Positions 50,083 to 59,175 of a stretch of DNA of 59,175 nt are shown in pieces. Every line of letters starts with the position of its first letter. Position 1 is the stretch's first letter. The position numbers were made by a program, and so were the translations under genes. The notes under the pieces are model-generated. The model did not search any database. It saw nothing but the letters and a program-made list of their open reading frames with translations, and had not been told where the DNA came from. Origin of the DNA: an uncultured Clostridia bacterium (lineage in GTDB: Bacteria > Bacillota > Clostridia > TANB77 > CAG-508); the NCBI GenBank assembly GCA_963559365.1, contig CAUWKC010000006.1:1-59175 (forward strand), written 5' to 3'.

Positions 50083-52312
50083 TTGAGAATGGAAATAACA
50101 GGACAAATAGAAGCGATTATTTATAAAAATGAAATAAATAGTTATACTATAGCAGAATTTGAAACAGAAGATGAAAGCACAACAGTAGTGGGTTATTTAC
50201 CATTTATAAATGTAGGAGATACATTAAGATTAGTAGGAAAATTTGTTGAACACAAAGAATATGGTCGACAATTTAAAATAGATACTTTTGAAAAGCTAAT
50301 GCCACAGACATTAGGAGCTTTAGAAAGATATTTAGCTAATGGAAATATAAAAGGAATAGGAGAGGCTTTAGCAAAAAGAATTGTAAACAAATTTGGAGAA
50401 GAAACCATTCATATTTTTAAATATGAGCCAAATAGATTAGCAGAAATAAAAGGAATCTCTCCTAATCGAGCTTTAGAAATGGCAGAAAATTTTGTGCAAA
50501 ACTGGGAAGTATGGCAAATCGTAGGATTTTTAGAGAGGTTTGGCATTGGTGCAGAACATGCAAAAAAAGTATTTGATTTGTTAGGAAGTAATGCAATTGA
50601 AGAAATAGAAGCAAATCCATATCTTTTAATTGATATAGCAAGAGGAGTTGACTTTAAGCAAATAGATAAAATGGCATTAAATTTAGGAATGGCATATGAT
50701 AACAGTAAAAGAGTAACAAGTGGTATAAAATATGGCCTAATTAGAAGTACTTACAACGGACATGCTTGTGTTTTAAAAACAAATTTAATTGAATTTGTTA
50801 TTAATCTTTTAGATGTTTCAACAGAAAATGTAGAAGATGGTCTAATTGAATTAAAAATGAAAGATGAAATTGTTATTGAAAAAAGAGAAGAAGAATATGT
50901 ATATTTATATGCATTTTTTCATGCAGAAGCAGAAATAGCAATTAGAATCAATAGATTACAAAAAGCTAAAAATATAAAAAAAATACAGAAAATAGAAGAA
51001 GAATTAAAAAAAGTAGAAGCTAATTCAAGTATAGAATTATCAGAAAAACAAAAAGAAGCTGTAAAACTAATTAATGAAAACAATGTAACAATTATTACAG
51101 GTGGTCCAGGAACAGGAAAGACAACAATTATCAAAAGTATTATAGATATCTATGAAGGAAAAGGAAAAAAAGTAGTATTATGTGCGCCAACAGGAAGGGC
51201 AGCTAAACGAATGACAGAGACAACAGGAAAAGAAGCATCAACATTACATCGATTATTAGAAATAGGAAAAATTGATGAAGACAGCTTATACAAAAGCACT
51301 TCTGATTATGATGGAACGCCAATAGATGGAGATTTTATTGTTGTAGATGAAATGTCAATGGTGGACATGTTCTTAATGAATTATTTATTAAAAAGTATCT
51401 ATCAAGGAACAAAATTAATATTAGTAGGAGATGAAGACCAATTAGCATCTGTAGGGCCTGGAAGCGTATTAAAAGATTTCATTCACTCTGAACAAATTGC
51501 AACTATACATTTAGACAAAATTTTCAGGCAAGCAGCAAAAAGTAAAATAATTATGAATGCCCATAGAGTAAATCAAGGAGAAACATTTTTAAAAAAAGAA
51601 GAAGCAGAAGAAATGAAAGAAGACTTCTTTTTTATAAAAGAATTATATCAAGAGCAAATGTTAGAACAAGTAATATCTCTATGTACAGGTAGACTACAAA
51701 AATATGGAAATTATGACTTTTTCCAAAATATGCAAGTACTAACACCAACAAAAAAAGGATTATTAGGAACAAAAGAATTAAACAAAGCATTGCAAGAAAA
51801 ACTAAATCCAAATCATGAAAACTTGCCAGAAAAAGCAAGTATGGGAGCTATCTATCGAGTAGGAGATAGAGTTATGCAAATAAAAAACAACTATGATATC
51901 TATTGGGAAAAGCAAGAAAATGGAAAAAAAGAAATAGGAACAGGAGTATTCAATGGAGAAATAGGAACAATAACAAAAATCGATGAAAAAGAAAAACAAA
52001 TAGAAATAAAATTTGATGACGAAAAAGTAGCAGAGTATGAATTTACCAATCTAGACCAAATCGAACACAGTTATGCCATAACAATCCATAAATCACAACG
52101 GAAGCGAATTTGACGTTGTAGTCATGGTATTACCACCAGCAGCGCCAATGTTAATAACTAGAAACCTGTTATACACGGGAATAACCAGAGCCAAAAAACT
52201 ATTAGTAATAGTAGGAATAGAAAAAGTTGTAGAACTCATGATACAAAATGTAGACATCAAAAAAAGAAACACAGGTTTAGAATTTAAAATGAGACAGTTG
52301 GGACAGTCCTAA
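50083..52312 (+). CDS. recD2: ATP-dependent RecD2-like helicase (~740 aa after +1 shift at CGG 52099-52101)
   Basis: GGPGTGKT, APTGRAA, DEMSM, GDEDQL; CAA-C-GGA-AGC-GAA-TTT restores YAITIHKSQGSEF and joins RNLLYTGITRAK. Confidence 0.92.
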
Positions 52313-53274
52313 TTTGTCTCACTTTTTTTGTCTATTCATGTCGTAATTAGTTATAATTTGCGACGAAAAAAAGTTTTAAATGAAGAAAATTTAAAAGAAG
52401 CTATTGAATTAACATAAAAAAGAAAGTATAATAATTAATAAAATAAGAAAAGGAGGAATTTTGTGCCTAGAAAAGCAAGAAAATTGTTGGGAAATATTAT
52501 TATACATAATATGGTTCAAGGAATTAATAAAGAGAAAATTTTTGACACTATTAAGCAAAAAGAAAAATATAAAAAGTTAATGAAAGAAGAAAGTGAAAAA
52601 CATCATACATTAATTATTGCTTACTGCATTATGGGGAATCATGTACATTTACTTACTTATTCACAAACCATAGATAATTTAAGTCAATTTATGAAAAGTA
52701 TTAATGGAAAATATGCACAATATTATAACAAATCCAATGAAAGAGTTGGTTATGTTTTTAGAAATCGATTTTATTCAAAACCAATTTTAGGTGAAGAACA
52801 ACTTTACAAATGTATCAAATATATTCACATGAATCCTGTAAAAGCAGGATTATGCTTAAAAGAAAATGATTATGAGTATTCTTCTTATCAAGAATATAAA
52901 GAAGAAAAAGAATTTATTAAATCTAAAATATATCAAATGATATTTCAATCTGATAAAAATTACTTTCAAAAATTAGAATCCACAAAATATGAATCTATGA
53001 AAATCCATAAAGAAAAATGTGATTTGAAAGAAATATTAAAAAAATATATTGCACAAAATAATATAGATTTTACTACAATACCTGTAGAACCTAAAGAAAT
53101 AAAAAAATTTATATTTTATTTAAAGACGAATGAATATGAATTTAGCAAAAATGAAATAGCAGAATTACTGCAAATAAGTAGAGCAAAATTATATAGAATA
53201 TTGAGAAAGGATGTCAAAAAATGATATTGTTCGACAAAAAAGTGAGACAAATTAGAACTGTCCCTATTGTCTCA
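52290..53274 (+). mobile_element. RAYT locus bracketed by ~42-bp inverted REP arms
   Basis: Arms 52290-52332 and 53233-53274 (TGAGACA.T.GGGACAGT.CTAATTTGTCTCACTTTTTT) around a Y1 HUH transposase. Confidence 0.85.
52463..53224 (+). CDS. REP-associated tyrosine transposase (Y1/HUH) with C-terminal HTH
   Basis: MPRKAR, YCIMGNHVHLL, GYVFRNRFYS, YIHMNPVKAG, YEYSSY. Confidence 0.9.
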   Translation: MPRKARKLLGNIIIHNMVQGINKEKIFDTIKQKEKYKKLMKEESEKHHTLIIAYCIMGNHVHLLTYSQTIDNLSQFMKSINGKYAQYYNKSNERVGYVFRNRFYSKPILGEEQLYKCIKYIHMNPVKAGLCLKENDYEYSSYQEYKEEKEFIKSKIYQMIFQSDKNYFQKLESTKYESMKIHKEKCDLKEILKKYIAQNNIDFTTIPVEPKEIKKFIFYLKTNEYEFSKNEIAELLQISRAKLYRILRKDVKK

Positions 53275-53913
53275 TTATTTTATCCACCGACTTGTGGTAT
53301 TTGTGGTAAGGTTAGTTCGAATTTTTTGTGTAATAAGTGTAAGTTATTATTGGATAAAGAGATGGTGTTAGGTTTAGAGAGTGGATTGGATTCTAAATTT
53401 TATTTTCAAGAATTTTTATATCTATTTTCATATCAGGGAATAATAAGAAAGATGATTTTGGATTATAAGTTTAATGATAAGTCGTATTTGTTTAGGTGTA
53501 TTGTGAATTTTTTGTTAAATAGTGAATTTTTATTTGAATTTTTGCAATCTTATGATAAAATAATACCAGTTCCGATTAGTAAGAAGAGGTATAAGGAAAG
53601 AGGTTATAATCAAAGTGCTTTGATTGCTAAAGGGATACAAAGAGATATGGCGATACATTTAAAATATGTAGATGATTGTATTTTTAAGGTTAAGGATATT
53701 ATTGAACAAAGTAAGTTAAATAAAGAGCAAAGACAAGATAATATAAAAAATGTGTATGTTTTGAATAATAATAAAATTAGTGAATTACAAAATAAGAAAT
53801 TATTATTAGTTGATGATGTTTTTACAACGGGAAGTACGGTAAATGAATGTTGTAGAATTTTGCAAAAAGCAAAACCTGAAAGAATAGGAGTTTTGGTATT
53901 GGCAAAAGATTAA
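53221..53913 (+). CDS. comF: ComF family protein (Zn finger plus PRTase)
   Basis: YPPTCGICG...C..C, PVP...RGYNQS, LLVDDVFTTGST; N-terminus encoded by REP arm so start uncertain. Confidence 0.9.
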   Translation: MILFDKKVRQIRTVPIVSLFYPPTCGICGKVSSNFLCNKCKLLLDKEMVLGLESGLDSKFYFQEFLYLFSYQGIIRKMILDYKFNDKSYLFRCIVNFLLNSEFLFEFLQSYDKIIPVPISKKRYKERGYNQSALIAKGIQRDMAIHLKYVDDCIFKVKDIIEQSKLNKEQRQDNIKNVYVLNNNKISELQNKKLLLVDDVFTTGSTVNECCRILQKAKPERIGVLVLAKD

Positions 53914-53948
53914 AAAATCAAATGATAAGGGGAATATAGGAGGATTAT

Positions 53949-55940
53949 ATGGAAGATTTAGTGGAAAGTATATTAGATTATGTGAGATCAGATTATACAG
54001 ATTATGCTATTATGATTAATGGAGAATGGGGCTCTGGAAAGACTCATTTTTGGAATAATAAAATTAGAAAGAAAATTGAGAGTTTACAATTAAATGGAAA
54101 AAGATATACAACAATTTATATGTCTTTATATGGAATTTCAAATTTAGAAGAAATTAGTAAAAAAATATTTATTGAAACAACTCAATTGATGGATAAAAAC
54201 TTAAGAAAATTCATGAATTCACATGGGCAAACTACAATTCCTGAATATGCAAAAACAGGAATTGACATGGCCAACTTTTTTGGTGTAACACAAAATGGTG
54301 ATAAAGTGGATTATGCTTCATTTTTTTCAACTGATGATAAAGTATTATGTTTTGATGACTTAGAAAGAGCTAATGTAGATGTTATTGATATATTGGGATA
54401 TATTAATAATTTTGTAGAACATGACCATATAAAAACTATAATTATATGTAATGAAAAAGAACTTTCTACAAAATTAAAGAGTTCTAATTTAGAGATGAAA
54501 ACTTTTATAGCAACTTATCTTTTAGACAAACAAGACGAATTAAATAAATCTGACAAGCCAATGGTAGAAAAAATCCAAAACAAAATTGAACATGTATTTG
54601 ATAAAGCTAATGATTATGAAAGAATAAAGGAAAAATTGATTGGTGAAACTTTTGAGTATGCACCAAAATTTGATTACATTATTAATGGTATTTTGATGAG
54701 ATATGAAAATAATCCAGATTTAATTCGTTTTTTAAGAGAAAATACCAGACTAATAATTTCTACATTTAATAAAAGTGGAACTAGAAACTTAAGAATATTA
54801 AAACATGCTTTAAACGATTTCAAAAAAATATATGAAATGGTAAATAAATCATATCCAAATACAAATCATAGAATAATGCAAACAATGCTTATATTTACTA
54901 TAGCAATATCTTTTGAAATTAAAGCTGGAAAAATAACAAAAGACAAATTTGTTAATATAAAAGATAATGAGGAATACAAATCCATTTTAGTATCTTCAAG
55001 AATATTAATGGATAATAGACAATTTTATATTAAAGAATTTGATAATAACTATTATTACAACTTTAAATCCGAATATCGTTTTTTCAAATTTGTTGAATAT
55101 TATGTAAGAACACGTATCTTTGATATGAAACTATTTAAAGAAAATATGGAAACAATTCGTAACACAATTGATACAGAAAATTTACCAGCTTATAAGAGGC
55201 TGTTAACAGAAGAATATTGGAAGATATCAGATGATCAATTTGATAATGTAATACAAGAAGTTCTTTCAGATGTAAAAGAAGGGAAAATAGCTTTAATAGA
55301 CATAGTAAAATTATTTGCTTATTTTAGTTATTTTTCCAGAAAAGGTTTAATAGAATATGATTTAAAAACTTTAAAAAGTATCTTTTTCAATGGTATGAAT
55401 ATATCATCATTATCATCTGAATATTGTGAAAAGCCAAAAGAAGAATTAGGAAAAATAGCCATAGAAGAAGTAGAAGAAGATATGGAAGAAATTTTAAAAC
55501 ATTTTAATATGTTAAATGAACAATTACTAGACAAAATGTATAGAGAAAAAGCAGAAGAAGTTATGAAATGCATTCCTATGAAAATGGAATTATTTTACGA
55601 AAAATTTGATAAAGAATGTATGGAAATTCCAATTTTTAAATATTATGATGCATTTCAATTATTCCAAAGAATTTCTTGTGCAAGCAATGAAGACATTGTT
55701 TTAATCAAAGAGAAGTTAATAGATAGAGCTAACCGTTATACAAAACAAATAGAACCAGAAATGAAAAATATAAAGCAATTAAAACAAATTATTGAAGATT
55801 ACTTAAAAGGAAAAGAACCAACCATAAAAACAGTTATGCTAAAAGAATTTGCAAAAGATATGGGATATATATTAGATAAATATAAAATTAGTTTTTTACC
55901 AAAAAAAGAAGAAAAATTAGCAGAAGCAATAGAAGAATAA
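53949..55940 (+). CDS. KAP-family P-loop NTPase
   Basis: AIMINGEWGSGKT, YMSLYG, CFDDLER, EKLIG, NLR. Confidence 0.8.
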   Translation: MEDLVESILDYVRSDYTDYAIMINGEWGSGKTHFWNNKIRKKIESLQLNGKRYTTIYMSLYGISNLEEISKKIFIETTQLMDKNLRKFMNSHGQTTIPEYAKTGIDMANFFGVTQNGDKVDYASFFSTDDKVLCFDDLERANVDVIDILGYINNFVEHDHIKTIIICNEKELSTKLKSSNLEMKTFIATYLLDKQDELNKSDKPMVEKIQNKIEHVFDKANDYERIKEKLIGETFEYAPKFDYIINGILMRYENNPDLIRFLRENTRLIISTFNKSGTRNLRILKHALNDFKKIYEMVNKSYPNTNHRIMQTMLIFTIAISFEIKAGKITKDKFVNIKDNEEYKSILVSSRILMDNRQFYIKEFDNNYYYNFKSEYRFFKFVEYYVRTRIFDMKLFKENMETIRNTIDTENLPAYKRLLTEEYWKISDDQFDNVIQEVLSDVKEGKIALIDIVKLFAYFSYFSRKGLIEYDLKTLKSIFFNGMNISSLSSEYCEKPKEELGKIAIEEVEEDMEEILKHFNMLNEQLLDKMYREKAEEVMKCIPMKMELFYEKFDKECMEIPIFKYYDAFQLFQRISCASNEDIVLIKEKLIDRANRYTKQIEPEMKNIKQLKQIIEDYLKGKEPTIKTVMLKEFAKDMGYILDKYKISFLPKKEEKLAEAIEE

Positions 55941-55953
55941 AAGGAAGTTATAA

Positions 55954-57915
55954 ATGGAAAATCAATACAACCAACAAAAATATTTAAAATTGTTGAGTAA
56001 AGAATATAAAAATAAAAATAAAGTAGCAGAAGAAATAATAAACTTACAAGCCATTATAAATTTGCCAAAAGGTACAGAAATGTTTTTAAGTGATATACAT
56101 GGTGAATATGAACCTTTTGTGCATATTTTAAATAATGGAGGAGGAATTATCAAAAGTAAAATTGAAGATATTTTTGGTCATTCAATTAGCAAAAAAGAAA
56201 GAGCAACATTAGCTACTTTGATTTATTATCCAGAAGAAAAATTAAAATTAATAAAAAAAGAAGAAAAAGATTTAGAAGAATGGTATACAATTACATTATA
56301 TAGATTAATAGAAGTAGCTAAAAAAGTAAGTTCAAAATATACACGTTCTAAAGTAAGAAAAGCAATTAACAATGGATTTACATATGTAATTGATGAATTG
56401 TTACATTCACAAGCCGGAAACGAAAAAGATAAAGAAACTTACTATAAAGCTATTATAAAAACGATTATTGACTTAAAACAAGCAGAAGGATTTATCATTG
56501 CAATTTCCGAACTAATAAAAAGAATGGCAATAGATCACTTACACATAATAGGAGACATCTATGATAGAGGAAGAAATCCTGATTTAGTTATAGAAAAACT
56601 AAAAAAATTCCACAGTTTAGATATGCAATGGGGAAACCATGATATTGAATGGATGGGAGCGGCTTGTGGAAATAAAGCTTGCATAGCAACAGTTATTCGA
56701 AACTGCGCTAGATATAATAATATGGCAGTTTTAGAAGAATCCTATGGAATTAACATCAGACCACTTTCTACCTTTGCTATGGAAACTTATGGAGATGATA
56801 ATTGTATTAATTTTATGCCAAAAGTTTATGACCAAAATAAATATGATAAAAATGATAAAGCAATAGTCGCTAAAATTCATAAAGCAATCACTATAATACA
56901 ATTCAAACTAGAAGGTCAATTAATAAAAAAACATCCAGAATATCATTTAGAAAATCGACTTTTACTCGATAAAATGAATTTGAAAAAGGGTTATGTAATA
57001 TTAGATGGAAAAAAATATATTTTAAAAGATACAAACTTTCCAACCATGTATCCAGAAAACCCATATCAACTAACAAAAGAAGAAGAATCTTTAATAGAGA
57101 GACTATGTGAATCATTTAAACATAGTCAAAAATTAAAAGACCATATGGAATTTATTTATCAAAAAGGAGAATTATATACAATTTTCAATAAAAACCTATT
57201 ATTTCATGCATGTATTCCTATGGAAGAAAATGGGGATTTTAAGGAAGTTGAATTTCTAGGGAAAAAAGTAAAAGGAAAAGATTATTTAGATTTAGTAAAT
57301 GACACAATAAAAAAAGTTTATTTTGCAAAGGAAAAAAATGAAGAAGAACTAGATATAATGTGGTTTTTATGGCTTTCACCCAACTCACCATTTTTTGGGA
57401 AAAGTAAAATGGCAACATTTGAAACATATTTCATAAAAGACCAAGAAACACATAAAGAAGAAAAAAATCCATATTTTTATTTATCTGGTCAAGAAAAAAT
57501 CGCGAACCAAATTCTACAAGAATTTGGACTAGAAGAAAAAGAATCACATATTGTAAATGGGCACATTCCAGTTAAAGCAAAAAATGGAGAAAGTCCTATA
57601 CGTGCAAACGGAAAATTACTGGTAATTGATGGAGGGTTTGCCAAAAGTTACCAAGAAAAAACCGGAAATGCTGGATATATATTAACATATAACTCTTATG
57701 GATTATTATTAAGTCAAAACAAACCATTTGAATCAGTAGAAAAAGCAATAGAAGAAGAAAAAGATATAATATCAGAAATAATAGTCAAGAAAACTGGAGT
57801 TACACGAAAAACAGTTGGAGATACTGACATAGGGAAGCGAATAAAAACGGAAATAGAAGACTTAACAGATTTAATGAAATTTTATGAAACAGGTCAATTA
57901 AAACAGATTTATTGA
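55954..57915 (+). CDS. fbp: Fructose-1,6-bisphosphatase class 3
   Basis: NLPKGTE.FLSDIHGEY, GDIYDRG, WGNHD, NGHIPVK, IDGGF. Confidence 0.96.
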   Translation: MENQYNQQKYLKLLSKEYKNKNKVAEEIINLQAIINLPKGTEMFLSDIHGEYEPFVHILNNGGGIIKSKIEDIFGHSISKKERATLATLIYYPEEKLKLIKKEEKDLEEWYTITLYRLIEVAKKVSSKYTRSKVRKAINNGFTYVIDELLHSQAGNEKDKETYYKAIIKTIIDLKQAEGFIIAISELIKRMAIDHLHIIGDIYDRGRNPDLVIEKLKKFHSLDMQWGNHDIEWMGAACGNKACIATVIRNCARYNNMAVLEESYGINIRPLSTFAMETYGDDNCINFMPKVYDQNKYDKNDKAIVAKIHKAITIIQFKLEGQLIKKHPEYHLENRLLLDKMNLKKGYVILDGKKYILKDTNFPTMYPENPYQLTKEEESLIERLCESFKHSQKLKDHMEFIYQKGELYTIFNKNLLFHACIPMEENGDFKEVEFLGKKVKGKDYLDLVNDTIKKVYFAKEKNEEELDIMWFLWLSPNSPFFGKSKMATFETYFIKDQETHKEEKNPYFYLSGQEKIANQILQEFGLEEKESHIVNGHIPVKAKNGESPIRANGKLLVIDGGFAKSYQEKTGNAGYILTYNSYGLLLSQNKPFESVEKAIEEEKDIISEIIVKKTGVTRKTVGDTDIGKRIKTEIEDLTDLMKFYETGQLKQIY

Positions 57916-57931
57916 AAATTAAAATTTTAAT

Positions 57932-57960
57932 GCATAATTTTTACCTTTTTTGTCATAATA
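57932..57960 (+). promoter_or_regulatory. SigG/SigF-type promoter of spoVT
   Basis: GCATA-17 nt-CATAATA upstream of spoVT, a SigG-regulated gene in Bacillus and Clostridioides. Confidence 0.55.
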
Positions 57961-57995
57961 ACAGTATAAACAAAAATATGACGAGGAGGAAAATT

Positions 57996-58551
57996 ATGAA
58001 AGCAACTGGAGTTGTAAGAAGAATAGATGATTTAGGAAGAGTAGTTATTCCAAAGGAAATAAGAAAAACTTTGAGAATCAAGGAAGGAGATCCATTAGAA
58101 ATATTTACAGATAGAGAAGGACAAGTAATTCTAAAAAAATATTCTCCTATTGGTGAACTTTCAGAATTTGCAGCAGGTTATGCAGAAACCTTATCAAAAA
58201 CAACTGGACACATAGCATGTATTACAGATAAAGATTCCATAATAGCAGTATCTGGTCGGATCTAAGAAGGAATTTTTAGAACAAGATATAAGTAAAGAGC
58301 TAGAACAATTAATGGAAGATAAAGAAGTATACACAAGTAAAGAAAATAGTGATATTGCTATGCCAATTACGAAAAATGATAATAGAGAAAGAAAGAACAA
58401 TGCTCAAGTAGTGTATCCTATTGTTTCTAATGGTGACACAATAGGGACAGTAATCTTAATGGCAAAAGAGCCAACTGGTAAAATGAATGATGTAGAGAAA
58501 AAAGTAGCACAATCAGCAGCAGCTTTTTTAGGAAGTCAAATGGATATATAA
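57996..58551 (+). CDS. spoVT: Stage V sporulation protein T (184 aa after +1 shift at CGG 58257-58259)
   Basis: MKATGVVRRIDDLGRVVIPKEIR AbrB domain; GGT-C-GGA-TCT-AAG gives IAVSGGSKKEF and joins the GAF domain ending AAAFLGSQMDI. Confidence 0.92.
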
Positions 58552-58592
58552 TAAAAAAACAAGTTAATAATTTTATAATTTAATAAAAATTA

Positions 58593-58802
58593 TCAACTTG
58601 TTTTTTTGTTACTTAAACCAACAATGTAATCAACAGAGGTACCATAAAATTTAGCTAAAGTAATTAAATGTTGAATTGGCATTGTTCTATTTCCTTTTTC
58701 ATATTCAGAATAATATTGTTGTGAAATACCTAATAAAGAAGCAATGTCTTTTTGTAATTTATCATGATCTTCTCTTAAATCTTTCAATCTTTTAAATTCC
58801 AT
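58593..58802 (-). CDS. XRE-family HTH transcriptional regulator
   Basis: RLKDLRED...QKDIA..LGISQQYYSEYEKG...SVDYIVG. Confidence 0.88.
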   Translation of the reverse strand: MEFKRLKDLREDHDKLQKDIASLLGISQQYYSEYEKGNRTMPIQHLITLAKFYGTSVDYIVGLSNKKTS

Positions 58803-59005
58803 TATTTCCTCCTATTTATACTTATGAGTATAATTATAACAAAAATAGATGTAAAAGCATTTTTTTACATCACAAATTATGTATTAATGAAATATTACAT
58901 AAAAATAACAATTTTGTTACAATCTATTTTTTTATTGAAAAATATACTATTCTATAGTATATTTATAATAAATACATAAAAAATTATGTTTAAAAGGAGA
59001 GGGAA

Positions 59006-59175
59006 ATGAAGAGAAATATATCTGGAATAACATTAATAACATTAGTAATAACAATAATTGTACTTTTAATTCTTGCAGGAGTAACAATAGCAATGTTAAT
59101 GGGAGAAAATGGATTGCTAACACAAGCAAGTAAAGCGAAAGAAAAAACAAACAAATCTCAAAGTGAAGAAGAATC
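59006..59175 (+). CDS. Type IV pilin-like protein, partial (runs off window)
   Basis: AAGGAG RBS; MKRNISG|ITLITLVITIIVLLILAGVTIAMLMGENG. Confidence 0.75.
   Translation, partial: MKRNISGITLITLVITIIVLLILAGVTIAMLMGENGLLTQASKAKEKTNKSQSEEE

Noticed and set aside
17561-53274. Repeats as a CRISPR array
   Set aside because: Copies are inverted pairs or dispersed singlets, not direct repeats with spacers, and no cas genes are present.
9185-58259. Simple reassignment of CGG to another amino acid
   Set aside because: Reading CGG as any residue keeps the zero frame, which hits stops or nonsense. Only removal of one base restores homology.
58433-58451. REP-like string GTGACACAATAGGGACAGT inside spoVT
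   Set aside because: It encodes GDTIGTV, matching the SpoVT GAF motif, and lacks the hairpin's second half; probably coincidental.

Overview
AT-rich chromosomal segment of a spore-forming Clostridia-like bacterium; the pilin-like genes and composition suggest an uncultured gut lineage such as TANB77, which is an inference. It contains housekeeping genes (rnhB, pdp, cdaA, truA, glmS with its ribozyme, mtnN, ldh, fbp), tRNA-Met, an agr quorum-sensing locus, sporulation genes (yaaL, bofA, pdaA, yqfC, yqfD, spoVT), the S10-spc-alpha ribosomal superoperon, recD2 and comF. Three things stand out. (1) Five unrelated genes on both strands (bofA, agrC, a DUF3048 gene, recD2, spoVT) are broken in the same way. 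An in-frame CGG codon sits where the restored protein reads Gly, and skipping that single C (C-GGA or C-GGT) restores a full-length protein. I found no in-frame CGG in any uninterrupted gene. This points to a CGG-triggered +1 recoding rule (programmed frameshifting, 4-base Gly decoding or C-deletion editing). (2) pdaA is split by a 6,990-bp serine-recombinase element with a 14-bp att core whose excision restores the gene, like skin. (3) A RAYT transposase has REP/REPIN repeats that overlap gene ends, carry Spo0A-like boxes and sit at the centre of a local strand-asymmetric codon-composition halo. All calls come from reading the sequence by eye; no searches were run.
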